Positions 1 to 8,158 of a stretch of DNA of 36,208 nt are shown in pieces. The first letter of the stretch is position 1. Every line of letters starts with the position of its first letter. The position numbers were made by a program, and so were the translations under genes. The stretch comes from Phenylobacterium sp. GTDB taxonomy: Bacteria; Pseudomonadota; Alphaproteobacteria; Caulobacterales; Caulobacteraceae. The stretch covers positions 1 through 36,208 of the forward strand of contig DASPLZ010000332.1 of assembly GCA_035627295.1 (NCBI GenBank). Reading direction: 5' to 3'. The notes under the pieces are model-generated. The model was not told the origin of the DNA. It saw nothing but the letters and a program-made list of their open reading frames with translations, and made no database searches.

Positions 1-2
1 CC

Positions 3-515
3 GAACGGCGGCTGGCCGCCGCCACCGCCCGTATCGGCGTCGCCACCGCCTCGCTCTATCCGCAGGTGACGCTGGGCGGCTCCATCGGGACCTCCGCCGC
101 CCGCACCGGCGACCTCGGCGACGACTTCACCTTCAGCGTCGGCCCGTTGATCAGCTGGAGCTTCCCCAACCTCTTCGCGGCCAAGGCCCGCGTGGCCCAG
201 GCCGGCGCGGCGGCGGACGCGGCGCTGGCGAGCTTCGAGCAGGCCAACCTCGTCGCCCTGCAGGAGACCGAGACCGCCCTGACCGCCTACGCCCGCGAGC
301 TCGACCGCCGCGCCGCCCTGCGCCGCGCCGCCGCCGAGAGCGGCCGGGCCGCCGGGCTCGCGCGCCTGCGCTTCGACGCCGGCGCCGACAGCTTCCTGAC
401 GGTGCTCGACGCCGAGCGCACGAGAGCCGACCTCGACGCCCAGCTGGCGGCCTCCGAGGCGCAGGTGACGACCAACCAGATCGCCGTTTTCAAGGCCCTC
501 GGCGGCGGCTGGTGA
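3..515 (+). CDS. Outer-membrane efflux factor (NodT/OprM/TolC family), C-terminal part; 5' end lies outside the window
   Basis: Frame open from the window edge (ERRLAAATARIGVATASLYPQVTLGG...). It ends in the family-typical '...VFKALGGGW' and contains the 'RFDAGADSFLTVLDAER' repeat motif. Confidence 0.9.
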   Translation, partial: ERRLAAATARIGVATASLYPQVTLGGSIGTSAARTGDLGDDFTFSVGPLISWSFPNLFAAKARVAQAGAAADAALASFEQANLVALQETETALTAYARELDRRAALRRAAAESGRAAGLARLRFDAGADSFLTVLDAERTRADLDAQLAASEAQVTTNQIAVFKALGGGW

Positions 516-591
516 CGCTACGGCGCCCGGCGCGCCGTCTTGCCAAGGCCGCCAAACCCGTGCGCCAATGGGCGCAAGGGAGTGAATGAAA

Positions 592-1890
592 ATGGCCGAC
601 GGGCATGTCGACATCCTCGCGGACGCCAAAGCGCTGGCGCGTCAACGCGCGTACGAGGTTCCGATCGAGGAGCTGAACCCAGCGAGGGCCTCGGCCTTCC
701 GGGACGACGCGCACTGGCCCTATTTCGAGCGGCTGCGGGCCGAGGACCCGGTCCACTACACGCCCGACAGCAACTACGGGGCCTTCTGGTCGATCACCAA
801 GTACAACGACATCGTGGCGGTGGATTCCAACCACGGCGCCTTCTCCTCGGCCAGTGGCATCACCCTGAACCCGAAGCTGAGCGCCCTGCCGCCGGAGGCC
901 CAGCTGCGGCTCGCCCGCCAGGGCGCGCCGAGCTTCATCGGCATGGACCCGCCGGACCACGACGTGCAGCGCAAGACCGTCAGCCCGGCCGTCGCCCCGG
1001 CCCGGCTGCACGAGATGGGCCCGCAGATCCGCGAGCGCGCCGGCCTGATCCTCGATAGCCTGCCGATCGGCGAGCCCTTCGACTGGGTCGACCTGGTGTC
1101 GAAGGAACTCACCACCATGACGCTGGCGACCCTGTTCGACTTCCCGTTCGACGAGCGCCGCAAACTCACCTTCTGGTCGGACACCATGACCACCGCGCCC
1201 GGGCACGGCCCGGTGGCGACCTATCAGGAGCAGCGCGACGCCCTGGCCGACTGCCGCGACTACTTCATCCGCCTCTGGAACGAGCGGGTGAACGCCCCGC
1301 CGCAGGGCGACCTGATCTCCCTCCTGGCGCACGGCGAGGCGACCCGGAACTGCACGATGGACGAGTATTTCTCGAACATCACCCTCTTGATCATCGGCGG
1401 CAACGACACGACGCGGAACACCATCTCCGGCTCCATCTTCGCCCTCAACCGCTTCCCCGATCAGTACGACAAGCTGCGCGCCAATCCGGACCTGATCCCC
1501 TCGATGGTCTCCGAGACCATCCGCTGGCAGACCCCGCTGGCCCACATGTCGCGCGTGGCGCTGGAGGACGTGGAGCTCGGCGGCAAGACCATCAGGAAGG
1601 GCGACAAGGTGGTCATGTGGTACGTCTCGGGCAACCGCGACGACGAGGTGATCGAGAACCCCAACGCCTACATCATCGACCGCGCGCGGCCCCGCCAGCA
1701 CGTCTCCTTCGGCTTCGGCATCCACCGCTGCGTCGGCAACCGCCTGGCCGAGTTGCAGCTGACCATCATCTGGGAAGAGATCCTGAAGCGCTTCCCGGAA
1801 GTGCGCCTCCTGGAAGAGCCCAAGCGTAGCTACTCGATCTTCGTGAAGGGCTACGAGACGATGAAGGTGCTGATCCCGTCTCGGAACTAG
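592..1890 (+). CDS. Cytochrome P450, CYP153-like (alkane/fatty-acid omega-hydroxylase clade)
   Basis: Heme motif FGFGIHRCVG, I-helix LLIIGGNDTT, ExxR (ETIR) and MDPPDH. Start is ATG 586 or 592, after AAGGGAG. Confidence 0.92.
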   Translation: MADGHVDILADAKALARQRAYEVPIEELNPARASAFRDDAHWPYFERLRAEDPVHYTPDSNYGAFWSITKYNDIVAVDSNHGAFSSASGITLNPKLSALPPEAQLRLARQGAPSFIGMDPPDHDVQRKTVSPAVAPARLHEMGPQIRERAGLILDSLPIGEPFDWVDLVSKELTTMTLATLFDFPFDERRKLTFWSDTMTTAPGHGPVATYQEQRDALADCRDYFIRLWNERVNAPPQGDLISLLAHGEATRNCTMDEYFSNITLLIIGGNDTTRNTISGSIFALNRFPDQYDKLRANPDLIPSMVSETIRWQTPLAHMSRVALEDVELGGKTIRKGDKVVMWYVSGNRDDEVIENPNAYIIDRARPRQHVSFGFGIHRCVGNRLAELQLTIIWEEILKRFPEVRLLEEPKRSYSIFVKGYETMKVLIPSRN

Positions 1891-1905
1891 AAGCTGGACC
1901 GCCTT

Positions 1906-2009
1906 GCGTGGTTCGAGACGCGGCTTCGCCGCTCCTCACCATGACTAGGTTCGTGCCGAGTTAGTCATCCTGAGGAGCCCGCGCGAGCGGGCGTCTCGAA
2001 GGACGCACG
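1906..2009. repeat. Composite palindromic intergenic repeat (REP/RIME-like), copy 1
   Basis: Two inverted modules: GCGTGGTTCGAGACG-hairpin-CTCCTCACCATGAC ... GTCATCCTGAGGAG-hairpin-CGTCTCGAAGGACGCAC. A closely similar inverted copy lies at 26414-26516. Confidence 0.85.
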
Positions 2010-2083
2010 GCCGACCCGCGCGATGGGGCTGGACTGACGCAACGGAGGGCGGCGGAAGCTTCCTGAAACACCAGGAGGCCCCC

Positions 2084-3334
2084 ATGCCCGAAGCTTACAT
2101 CATCGACGCCTGCCGCACCCCGCGCGGCATCGGCAAGGTCGGCAAGGGCGCCCTCGCCGACCATCACCCGCAGCATCTCGGCGCGGCCGTGCTCAAGGCC
2201 CTGGCCGAGCGAAACAACCTGAAGACCGAGGAAGTCGACGACATCGTCTGGGGCACCTCGTCCCAGCGCGGCAAGCAGGGCGGCGACCTCGGCCGCATGG
2301 CGGCGCTCGACGCCGGCTACGACGTACGCGCCTCGGGCGTGACGCTGGACCGCTACTGCGGCTCGGGGATCACCGCAGTGAACCTGGCGGCGGCGCAGAT
2401 CATGGCCGGGATGGAAGACCTTACCATCGGCGGCGGCACCGAGATGATGTCCTACACCGCCTCCTCCGCCGGCCCGCGCGACCCGAACGCCGGGCCGCCG
2501 CTGATGGACTCGGGCAACACGCGCCTGCGCGCCAAGCATCCGCAGAGCCACCAGGGCGTCTGCGCCGACGCCATCGCCACCATGGAAGGCATCTCCCGCG
2601 AGGCGCTGGACGAGCTGGCCTATGTCAGCCAGCAGCGCGCCGACAAGGCGATCAAGGAAGGGCGCTTCGACCGCTCGCTGATCCCGGTCTACCGGGAAGA
2701 CGGCTCCCTGGCCCTTGACCACGAGGAGTTCCCCCGTCCGCAGACCACCCTTGAGGCGCTGGCCGCCCTGAAGCCCTCCTTCGAGGCGATGGCGCGCGTG
2801 CCGCTGGACGACAAGGGCACGACCTTCGCCGGCCTGATCAACCAGGTCTATCCGGATCTCGACATCAAGCACTTCCACCACGCCGGCAATTCCTCGGGGG
2901 TGGTCGACGGGGCCGGCGCGGTGCTGATGGCCTCGCCGGAATACGCGGCCAAGAACGGCCTGAAGCCCCGGGCGCGGATCGTCGCCATGGCCAACGTCGG
3001 CGACAGCCCGACGCTGATGCTGAACGCGCCGGTCCCGGCGGCCAAGAAGGTGCTGAAGAAGGCCGGCCTGACGCCGGACGACATCGACCTCTGGGAAATC
3101 AACGAGGCCTTCGCGGTGGTGGCCGAGAAGTTCATCCGCGACCTGGAGCTCGACCGCGAGAAGGTCAACGTCAACGGCGGCGCCATGGCTCTGGGCCATC
3201 CGATCGGCGCCACCGGCGCGATCCTGATCGGCACCGTCCTCGACGAGCTGGAACGCCGCGACGCCAAGCGCGGCCTGATCACCATGTGCGCCGCCGGCGG
3301 CATGGCCCCGGCCATCATCATCGAACGCATCTAA
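2084..3334 (+). CDS. Acetyl-CoA C-acyltransferase (thiolase)
   Basis: Catalytic motifs RYCGSG, NEAF, GHPIGATG and CAAGG. SD AGGAGG lies upstream. Confidence 0.95.
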   Translation: MPEAYIIDACRTPRGIGKVGKGALADHHPQHLGAAVLKALAERNNLKTEEVDDIVWGTSSQRGKQGGDLGRMAALDAGYDVRASGVTLDRYCGSGITAVNLAAAQIMAGMEDLTIGGGTEMMSYTASSAGPRDPNAGPPLMDSGNTRLRAKHPQSHQGVCADAIATMEGISREALDELAYVSQQRADKAIKEGRFDRSLIPVYREDGSLALDHEEFPRPQTTLEALAALKPSFEAMARVPLDDKGTTFAGLINQVYPDLDIKHFHHAGNSSGVVDGAGAVLMASPEYAAKNGLKPRARIVAMANVGDSPTLMLNAPVPAAKKVLKKAGLTPDDIDLWEINEAFAVVAEKFIRDLELDREKVNVNGGAMALGHPIGATGAILIGTVLDELERRDAKRGLITMCAAGGMAPAIIIERI

Positions 3335-3359
3335 GCAAGCGAGTTAGGGAGAAACGCGA

Positions 3360-4280
3360 ATGGGCGCGCTGGACGGCAAGGTGGTGTTGGTCACCGGCGG
3401 CGGGAACGGCATCGGGCGCGAATGCGCCCTGATCGCCGCCCGCGAGGGGGCCAAGGTCCTGGTCAACGACCTGGGCGGCGGCGAGCGCGGCGGCGACGAG
3501 GGCTCTGCTGGACCGGCCGAAGCCGTGGCCCAGGAAATCCGCGCGGCGGGCGGCCAGGCCGTGGCCAACTCAGACAGCGTCACCGACATGAAGGCCGTCC
3601 GCGGCATGGTCGAGCAGGCCATGGACGAGTTCGGCGCCCTGCACTCGGTGATCAACCCGGCCGGCATCCTGCGCGACGGCATGTTCCACAAGATGCCGGA
3701 CGAGGACTGGGACGTGGTCATCGACGTCCACCTGCGCGGCTCCTACAACGTCTGCCGCGCGACCATCGAGCACTTCCGCGACCAGCAGGACGGCTCTTAC
3801 GTCCTCTTCACCTCCACCTCCGGCCTGATCGGCAACGTCGGCCAGGCCAACTATGCGGCCGCCAAGCTCGGCATCATGGGCCTGTCGCGGATCATCGCCA
3901 TGGAGGGCGCCTCCAAGAACGTGCGCTCCAACATCATCGCCCCCGTCGCCTGGACCCGCCTGATCGCCACCATCCCGGTGAAGGACGAGGCGGGCGCGGC
4001 GCGCATGGAGGCGATGAAGCAGGCGCTTCGCCCCGACCAGCCGGCCAAGCTGGCGGTGGCGCTGGCGGCCTCGGACATCTCCGGCCAGATCTTCGGCGCC
4101 CAGTCGGAGAACCTGATGATCTACAGCCAGCCCCGGCCGCTCGACACGGTCACCGCCGAGGGGACCTGGAGCGTCGAGAGCATCCTGAAGGAGGCCTTCC
4201 CGCGCCTTCGCCAGAACGCCACGCCGCTCGGCCGGGGCGACGCCGCGCCCCAGCCGAAGCCGCAGGCCGCCTCAGCCTAG
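3360..4280 (+). CDS. SDR family oxidoreductase (3-hydroxyacyl-CoA dehydrogenase/MFE-2-like)
   Basis: TGGGNGIG Rossmann motif, VNDLG, NPAGILRD and catalytic YAAAK. Confidence 0.92.
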   Translation: MGALDGKVVLVTGGGNGIGRECALIAAREGAKVLVNDLGGGERGGDEGSAGPAEAVAQEIRAAGGQAVANSDSVTDMKAVRGMVEQAMDEFGALHSVINPAGILRDGMFHKMPDEDWDVVIDVHLRGSYNVCRATIEHFRDQQDGSYVLFTSTSGLIGNVGQANYAAAKLGIMGLSRIIAMEGASKNVRSNIIAPVAWTRLIATIPVKDEAGAARMEAMKQALRPDQPAKLAVALAASDISGQIFGAQSENLMIYSQPRPLDTVTAEGTWSVESILKEAFPRLRQNATPLGRGDAAPQPKPQAASA

Positions 4281-5629
4281 GAGGCGAGCGGAAAGGCGGC
4301 GGTGACCAGTCCCGCCGCCAGCAGCACCAGCGAGGTCGCCACCGCCCAGAGGAAGGTGAACCGCTGGTGCGCGCCGAACTCCACGCCCGCCAGGCTGACC
4401 AGGAGGTAGGTGGAGGGCACCAGCGGGCTGAGGAGGTGCAGGGGCTGGCCGACCAGGGCGGCGCTGGCCACCGCCTGCTTGCTGATTCCGTAGTGCGAGG
4501 CCGTCTCGGCCAGGATCGGCAGCATGCCGAAGTAGAAGGCGTCGTTGGAGACGAAGAAGGTCATCGGCAGGCTGATCAGCCCGGTGATCGGCGCCATGTA
4601 GGGCCCCAGCGGCTCGGGGATCACGCCGATCAGGCTGCGCGACATCGCCTCGACCATGCCGGTCCCGTTCAGGATGCCGGTGAACACCCCCGCCGCGAAG
4701 ATCAGCGACACCACCGCCAGCACCGCCGGCGCGTGGGCGGCGATGCGCGCCTTCTGATCGTCCAGGCGCGGATAGTTGACCACCAGGGCGATGCAGAACG
4801 CGCCCATGAACAGCACCGGCAGCGGCAGGACGCCGAGCACCAGCAGCGTCATCAGCGCCACCGTCAGCAGCGCATTGAACCACAGGCGGCCCGGCCGGCG
4901 GGCGGCCAGGTCCGATGAGACCGAGAGGCCGGGATTGGTCTCGTCCACCATTTCCTCGACCGAGACGCCTGGGCCAGCCCCGTCGCCGTCCGGCTCGCCG
5001 CCGTCCAGCGTCAGCCGCCCGAGCCGCCGCCGCTCGGCGCGCCCGTAGAGATAGCCCAGGCCCAGCAGCCACAGGACGCCCACCGCCATCGCCGGGACCA
5101 TCGGCAGGAAGACGTCAGCGGCCTCAAGCTGCAGGGCGCTGGCGGCGCGGGCGGTGGGCCCGCCCCAGGGCGTGAGGTTCATCACACCGCTGGAGAGCAT
5201 GATCAGGCAGGCCATGATCAGCGGGTTGAGGCCCAGCCGCCGGTAGAGCGGAAGCAGGGCGGCGACGCAGATCATGTAGGTGGTGGAGCCGTCGCCATCG
5301 AGCGAGACGAAGCTGGCCAGCGCCACCGTGCCGACCACGATCCGCACCGGATCGTCCCCGACCACGCGCAGCAGGGCCGAGACCAGCGGATCGAACAGCC
5401 CCGCGTCGATCATCAGTCCGAAGTAGAGGATGGCGAACAGCAGCATGACCGCCGTCGGCGCGATCTTGCCGATCCCTTCCAGCATCATCGGTCCCAGGCC
5501 CGCGCCGAAGCCGGCGATCAGGCCGAAGGCGATGGGGACCAGGATCAGCGCCGTCAGCGGCGAGAGCCGCCGCGTCATGATCAGCGTCATGAAGGCGCCG
5601 ACCATCAGGAAGCCGAGGAGCGACAGCAT
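4277..5629 (-). CDS. CitMHS family citrate/metal-citrate:H+ symporter
   Basis: True start is at MLSLLGFLMVGAF (ATG 5629). Motifs SLDGDGSTTY, NLTPWGGPTARAA and SNDAFYFG, with many TM segments. The 1089-aa ORF call extends it artificially. Confidence 0.9.
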   Translation of the reverse strand: MLSLLGFLMVGAFMTLIMTRRLSPLTALILVPIAFGLIAGFGAGLGPMMLEGIGKIAPTAVMLLFAILYFGLMIDAGLFDPLVSALLRVVGDDPVRIVVGTVALASFVSLDGDGSTTYMICVAALLPLYRRLGLNPLIMACLIMLSSGVMNLTPWGGPTARAASALQLEAADVFLPMVPAMAVGVLWLLGLGYLYGRAERRRLGRLTLDGGEPDGDGAGPGVSVEEMVDETNPGLSVSSDLAARRPGRLWFNALLTVALMTLLVLGVLPLPVLFMGAFCIALVVNYPRLDDQKARIAAHAPAVLAVVSLIFAAGVFTGILNGTGMVEAMSRSLIGVIPEPLGPYMAPITGLISLPMTFFVSNDAFYFGMLPILAETASHYGISKQAVASAALVGQPLHLLSPLVPSTYLLVSLAGVEFGAHQRFTFLWAVATSLVLLAAGLVTAAFPLAS

Positions 5630-5785
5630 CGGCGCGGCGTCGGTCACGATCGAACATCCCCAGAGGGCGTCTCGACGCGCCCTTCCCCTCAGCCCCTCTA
5701 GCCGCATCGGCCCACGCGGGGAATGCACGGCTTGGAGCCGCGGCGCGAACCGGCCAGACTGCCCGCCCGACGGAACGGGGGCCGA

Positions 5786-6775
5786 ATGCATCGTCAGTTC
5801 GAGGTCCGCCGCGAGCGTTTTGCGCTCAAGGCGCCGTTCCGCATCTCGCGCGGCGTGAAGACCGCCGCCGAGGTGGTCGTCGTCCGGGTGACCGAGGACG
5901 GCCGGGACGGCCGCGGCGAGGCCGTGCCCTACGCTCGCTACGGTGAGAGCCTGGACTCCGTCGAGGCCGAGCTGGCGACGGTCGCCGAAGCGGTCTGCGC
6001 CGGGGCCGGCCGTGAAGAGGTCCAGACGCTGCTGCCGCCCGGCGCGGCCCGCAACGCCCTCGACTGCGCCCTCTGGGACCTCGCCGCGCGGCGGGCCGGG
6101 AACGAAGTCTCCGCCCTGCTCGGCCGCGGCGCGCTTCCCGCCCTGGCGACCGCGGTGACCATCAGTCTTGACTCGCCGCCCGCCATGGCCGCGGCGGCGC
6201 GGGCGCTCGCCGGGGCGCCCCTGCTGAAGGTGAAGGTGGGGCCTGAGGATGTCGAACCCCGCATCGCGGCCGTGCGGGGCGCGGCGCCGGGGGCGCGGCT
6301 GATCGTCGATCCCAACGAGAGCTGGGACATCGATTTGCTGGCGCGCCTGCAGCCGGCCTTGCGGGCCCTGGACGTCGAACTGGTCGAGCAGCCGCTGCCC
6401 GCCGGCGAGGACGCCGGGCTGCGCGGGTTCGAGCCGCTCGTGCCGATCTGCGCCGACGAATCCTGCCACACAGCGGCGGACCTGCCGCGGCTGACCGGCC
6501 TCTACGGCGCGGTGAACATCAAGCTCGACAAGACCGGCGGCCTGACCGCCGCGCTCGAGCTCCACGACGCCGCCCGCGCCCAGGGCTTCCGGCTGATGGT
6601 CGGCTGCATGGTTTGCAGCTCCCTGGCGATCGCCCCGGCCCTGCATCTGGCGGGAGACGCCGACTGGGTCGACCTCGACGGCCCCATGTGGCTCCAGGCC
6701 GACCGTCCGGGCGGCGTGTGCATCGAAAACGGCCGGCTCATCCCGCCCACTCCGGGTTTCTGGGGAAGCCAGTAG
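5786..6775 (+). CDS. dgcA: Enolase-superfamily epimerase (DgcA N-acetyl-D-Glu racemase / L-Ala-D/L-Glu epimerase family)
   Basis: N-terminal PFRISRG, KVK catalytic Lys, DPNESW, EQP, ADES, NIKLDKTGG and DLDGP motifs. Start chosen at MHRQF (5786). Confidence 0.8.
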   Translation: MHRQFEVRRERFALKAPFRISRGVKTAAEVVVVRVTEDGRDGRGEAVPYARYGESLDSVEAELATVAEAVCAGAGREEVQTLLPPGAARNALDCALWDLAARRAGNEVSALLGRGALPALATAVTISLDSPPAMAAAARALAGAPLLKVKVGPEDVEPRIAAVRGAAPGARLIVDPNESWDIDLLARLQPALRALDVELVEQPLPAGEDAGLRGFEPLVPICADESCHTAADLPRLTGLYGAVNIKLDKTGGLTAALELHDAARAQGFRLMVGCMVCSSLAIAPALHLAGDADWVDLDGPMWLQADRPGGVCIENGRLIPPTPGFWGSQ

Positions 6776-6812
6776 CTGGACGGCGGCGCCATTTCCGGAC
6801 AATCCTAGCGCC

Positions 6813-8105
6813 ATGACCGACGACCTCGCCGAGGCCGCGCCGGCCGAGAAGCGCAAGAACCCGCTCCGCTGGTGGTTCGCCATCCCCCTTTGGCAACGCA
6901 TCATGGTCGCCCTGGTGCTGGGCGCGATAACCGGCCTCCTCTGGGGTGAAGGCGCCCTCGCCATCAAATGGATCGGCGACATCTTCGTGCGGCTGATCCG
7001 CATGATCGTCGCCCCCCTGGTGTTCCTCATCATCGCCTCGGGGGTGGCGCAGCTGGGCGATGCCCGCCGCCTGGGCTCGATCGGCATCAAGACCATCGGC
7101 ATGTACGTGGTCACCACCTTCTTCGCCGTGCTGCTCGGCCTGACCCTGGCGACCATCTTCGCACCCGGGATCGGCGCGAACCTGGCGAACGTCGCGCCCC
7201 AGGCGGTGGCCGAGCCGAAGTCGCCGGGCGAGCTCTTCCTTGGCATCGTGCCGCTCAACCCGATCCAGGCGCTGGCGAGCGGCGACACCCTGGCGATCAT
7301 CTTCTTCGCCATCGTGGTGGGCGTGGCGGTGATCATGACCGCAGAGGAGGGCGAGCCGGTCGCCCGGCTGCTGAAGTCCGGCTCGGAAGTGATGCTGAAG
7401 ATCGTCGCCTTCGTGATGGAGGTGGCGCCCTTCGGCGTCTTCGCCCTGATCGCGGTGGTGATGGGCACCAACGGGCCGGCGACCTTCATCAACGTCTTCA
7501 AGCTGGCCATGTGCGTGCTGGTGGGGGCGGCCTGCCAGGCGTTCATCGTGCACGGCGCCGTCGTGCGGCTGCTGGCCTGGCTGCCGCTGCTGCCGTTCTA
7601 CCGGGGCGTGGCCGACGCGATCATGGTCGGCTTCTCCACCTCGTCCTCGTCGGCGACCCTGCCGGTGGCCATCCGGGTGGCCGAGGACAACCTCGGCATC
7701 AAGCCCTCGATCTCCTCCACCGTGCTGCCGCTGGGCGCGACCATCGGCATGGACGGCACGGCGATGTACATCGGCATGCTGACGCTCTTCGCGGCCCAGG
7801 CGTTCGGGGTCGATCTGTCGTTCGCCGACTACCTGCTGATCGCGGTGACCACCACGATCGTGGCCATGGGCGCAGCGCCCGTGCCCTCCGGATCGCTCTT
7901 CGTGCTGGCCGCGGTGCTGGCGGCGATCAACATCGGCCCCACCCAGACCGCGATCATCGTCGGCTTCATCCTGCCCTTCGACCGCATCCTCGACATGATG
8001 CGCACCGTGCCGAACGTGACCTGCGACCTCTCCATCGCCACCGCCATCGCGCGATGGGAGAAGGAGATCGACGTCGAGGAATACAAGTCGCGCAAGGACG
8101 TGTGA
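6813..8105 (+). CDS. Dicarboxylate/amino acid:cation symporter (DAACS, GltP/DctA family)
   Basis: FSTSSSSATLP, LPLGATIGMDGTA and DRILDMMRTVPNV motifs. Confidence 0.93.
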   Translation: MTDDLAEAAPAEKRKNPLRWWFAIPLWQRIMVALVLGAITGLLWGEGALAIKWIGDIFVRLIRMIVAPLVFLIIASGVAQLGDARRLGSIGIKTIGMYVVTTFFAVLLGLTLATIFAPGIGANLANVAPQAVAEPKSPGELFLGIVPLNPIQALASGDTLAIIFFAIVVGVAVIMTAEEGEPVARLLKSGSEVMLKIVAFVMEVAPFGVFALIAVVMGTNGPATFINVFKLAMCVLVGAACQAFIVHGAVVRLLAWLPLLPFYRGVADAIMVGFSTSSSSATLPVAIRVAEDNLGIKPSISSTVLPLGATIGMDGTAMYIGMLTLFAAQAFGVDLSFADYLLIAVTTTIVAMGAAPVPSGSLFVLAAVLAAINIGPTQTAIIVGFILPFDRILDMMRTVPNVTCDLSIATAIARWEKEIDVEEYKSRKDV

Positions 8106-8158
8106 CCGGCCGCGATTAGGCTTGCCCGGACCGGCCGTCCTGCCTATCGCGCAAGGCC

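Noticed and set aside
4277-7546. 1089-aa minus-strand ORF appearing to be a giant fusion
   Set aside because: Only the last 450 aa (from 5629) is a CitMHS transporter. The rest is the antisense shadow of dgcA and the DAACS gene, an open frame expected in high-GC DNA.
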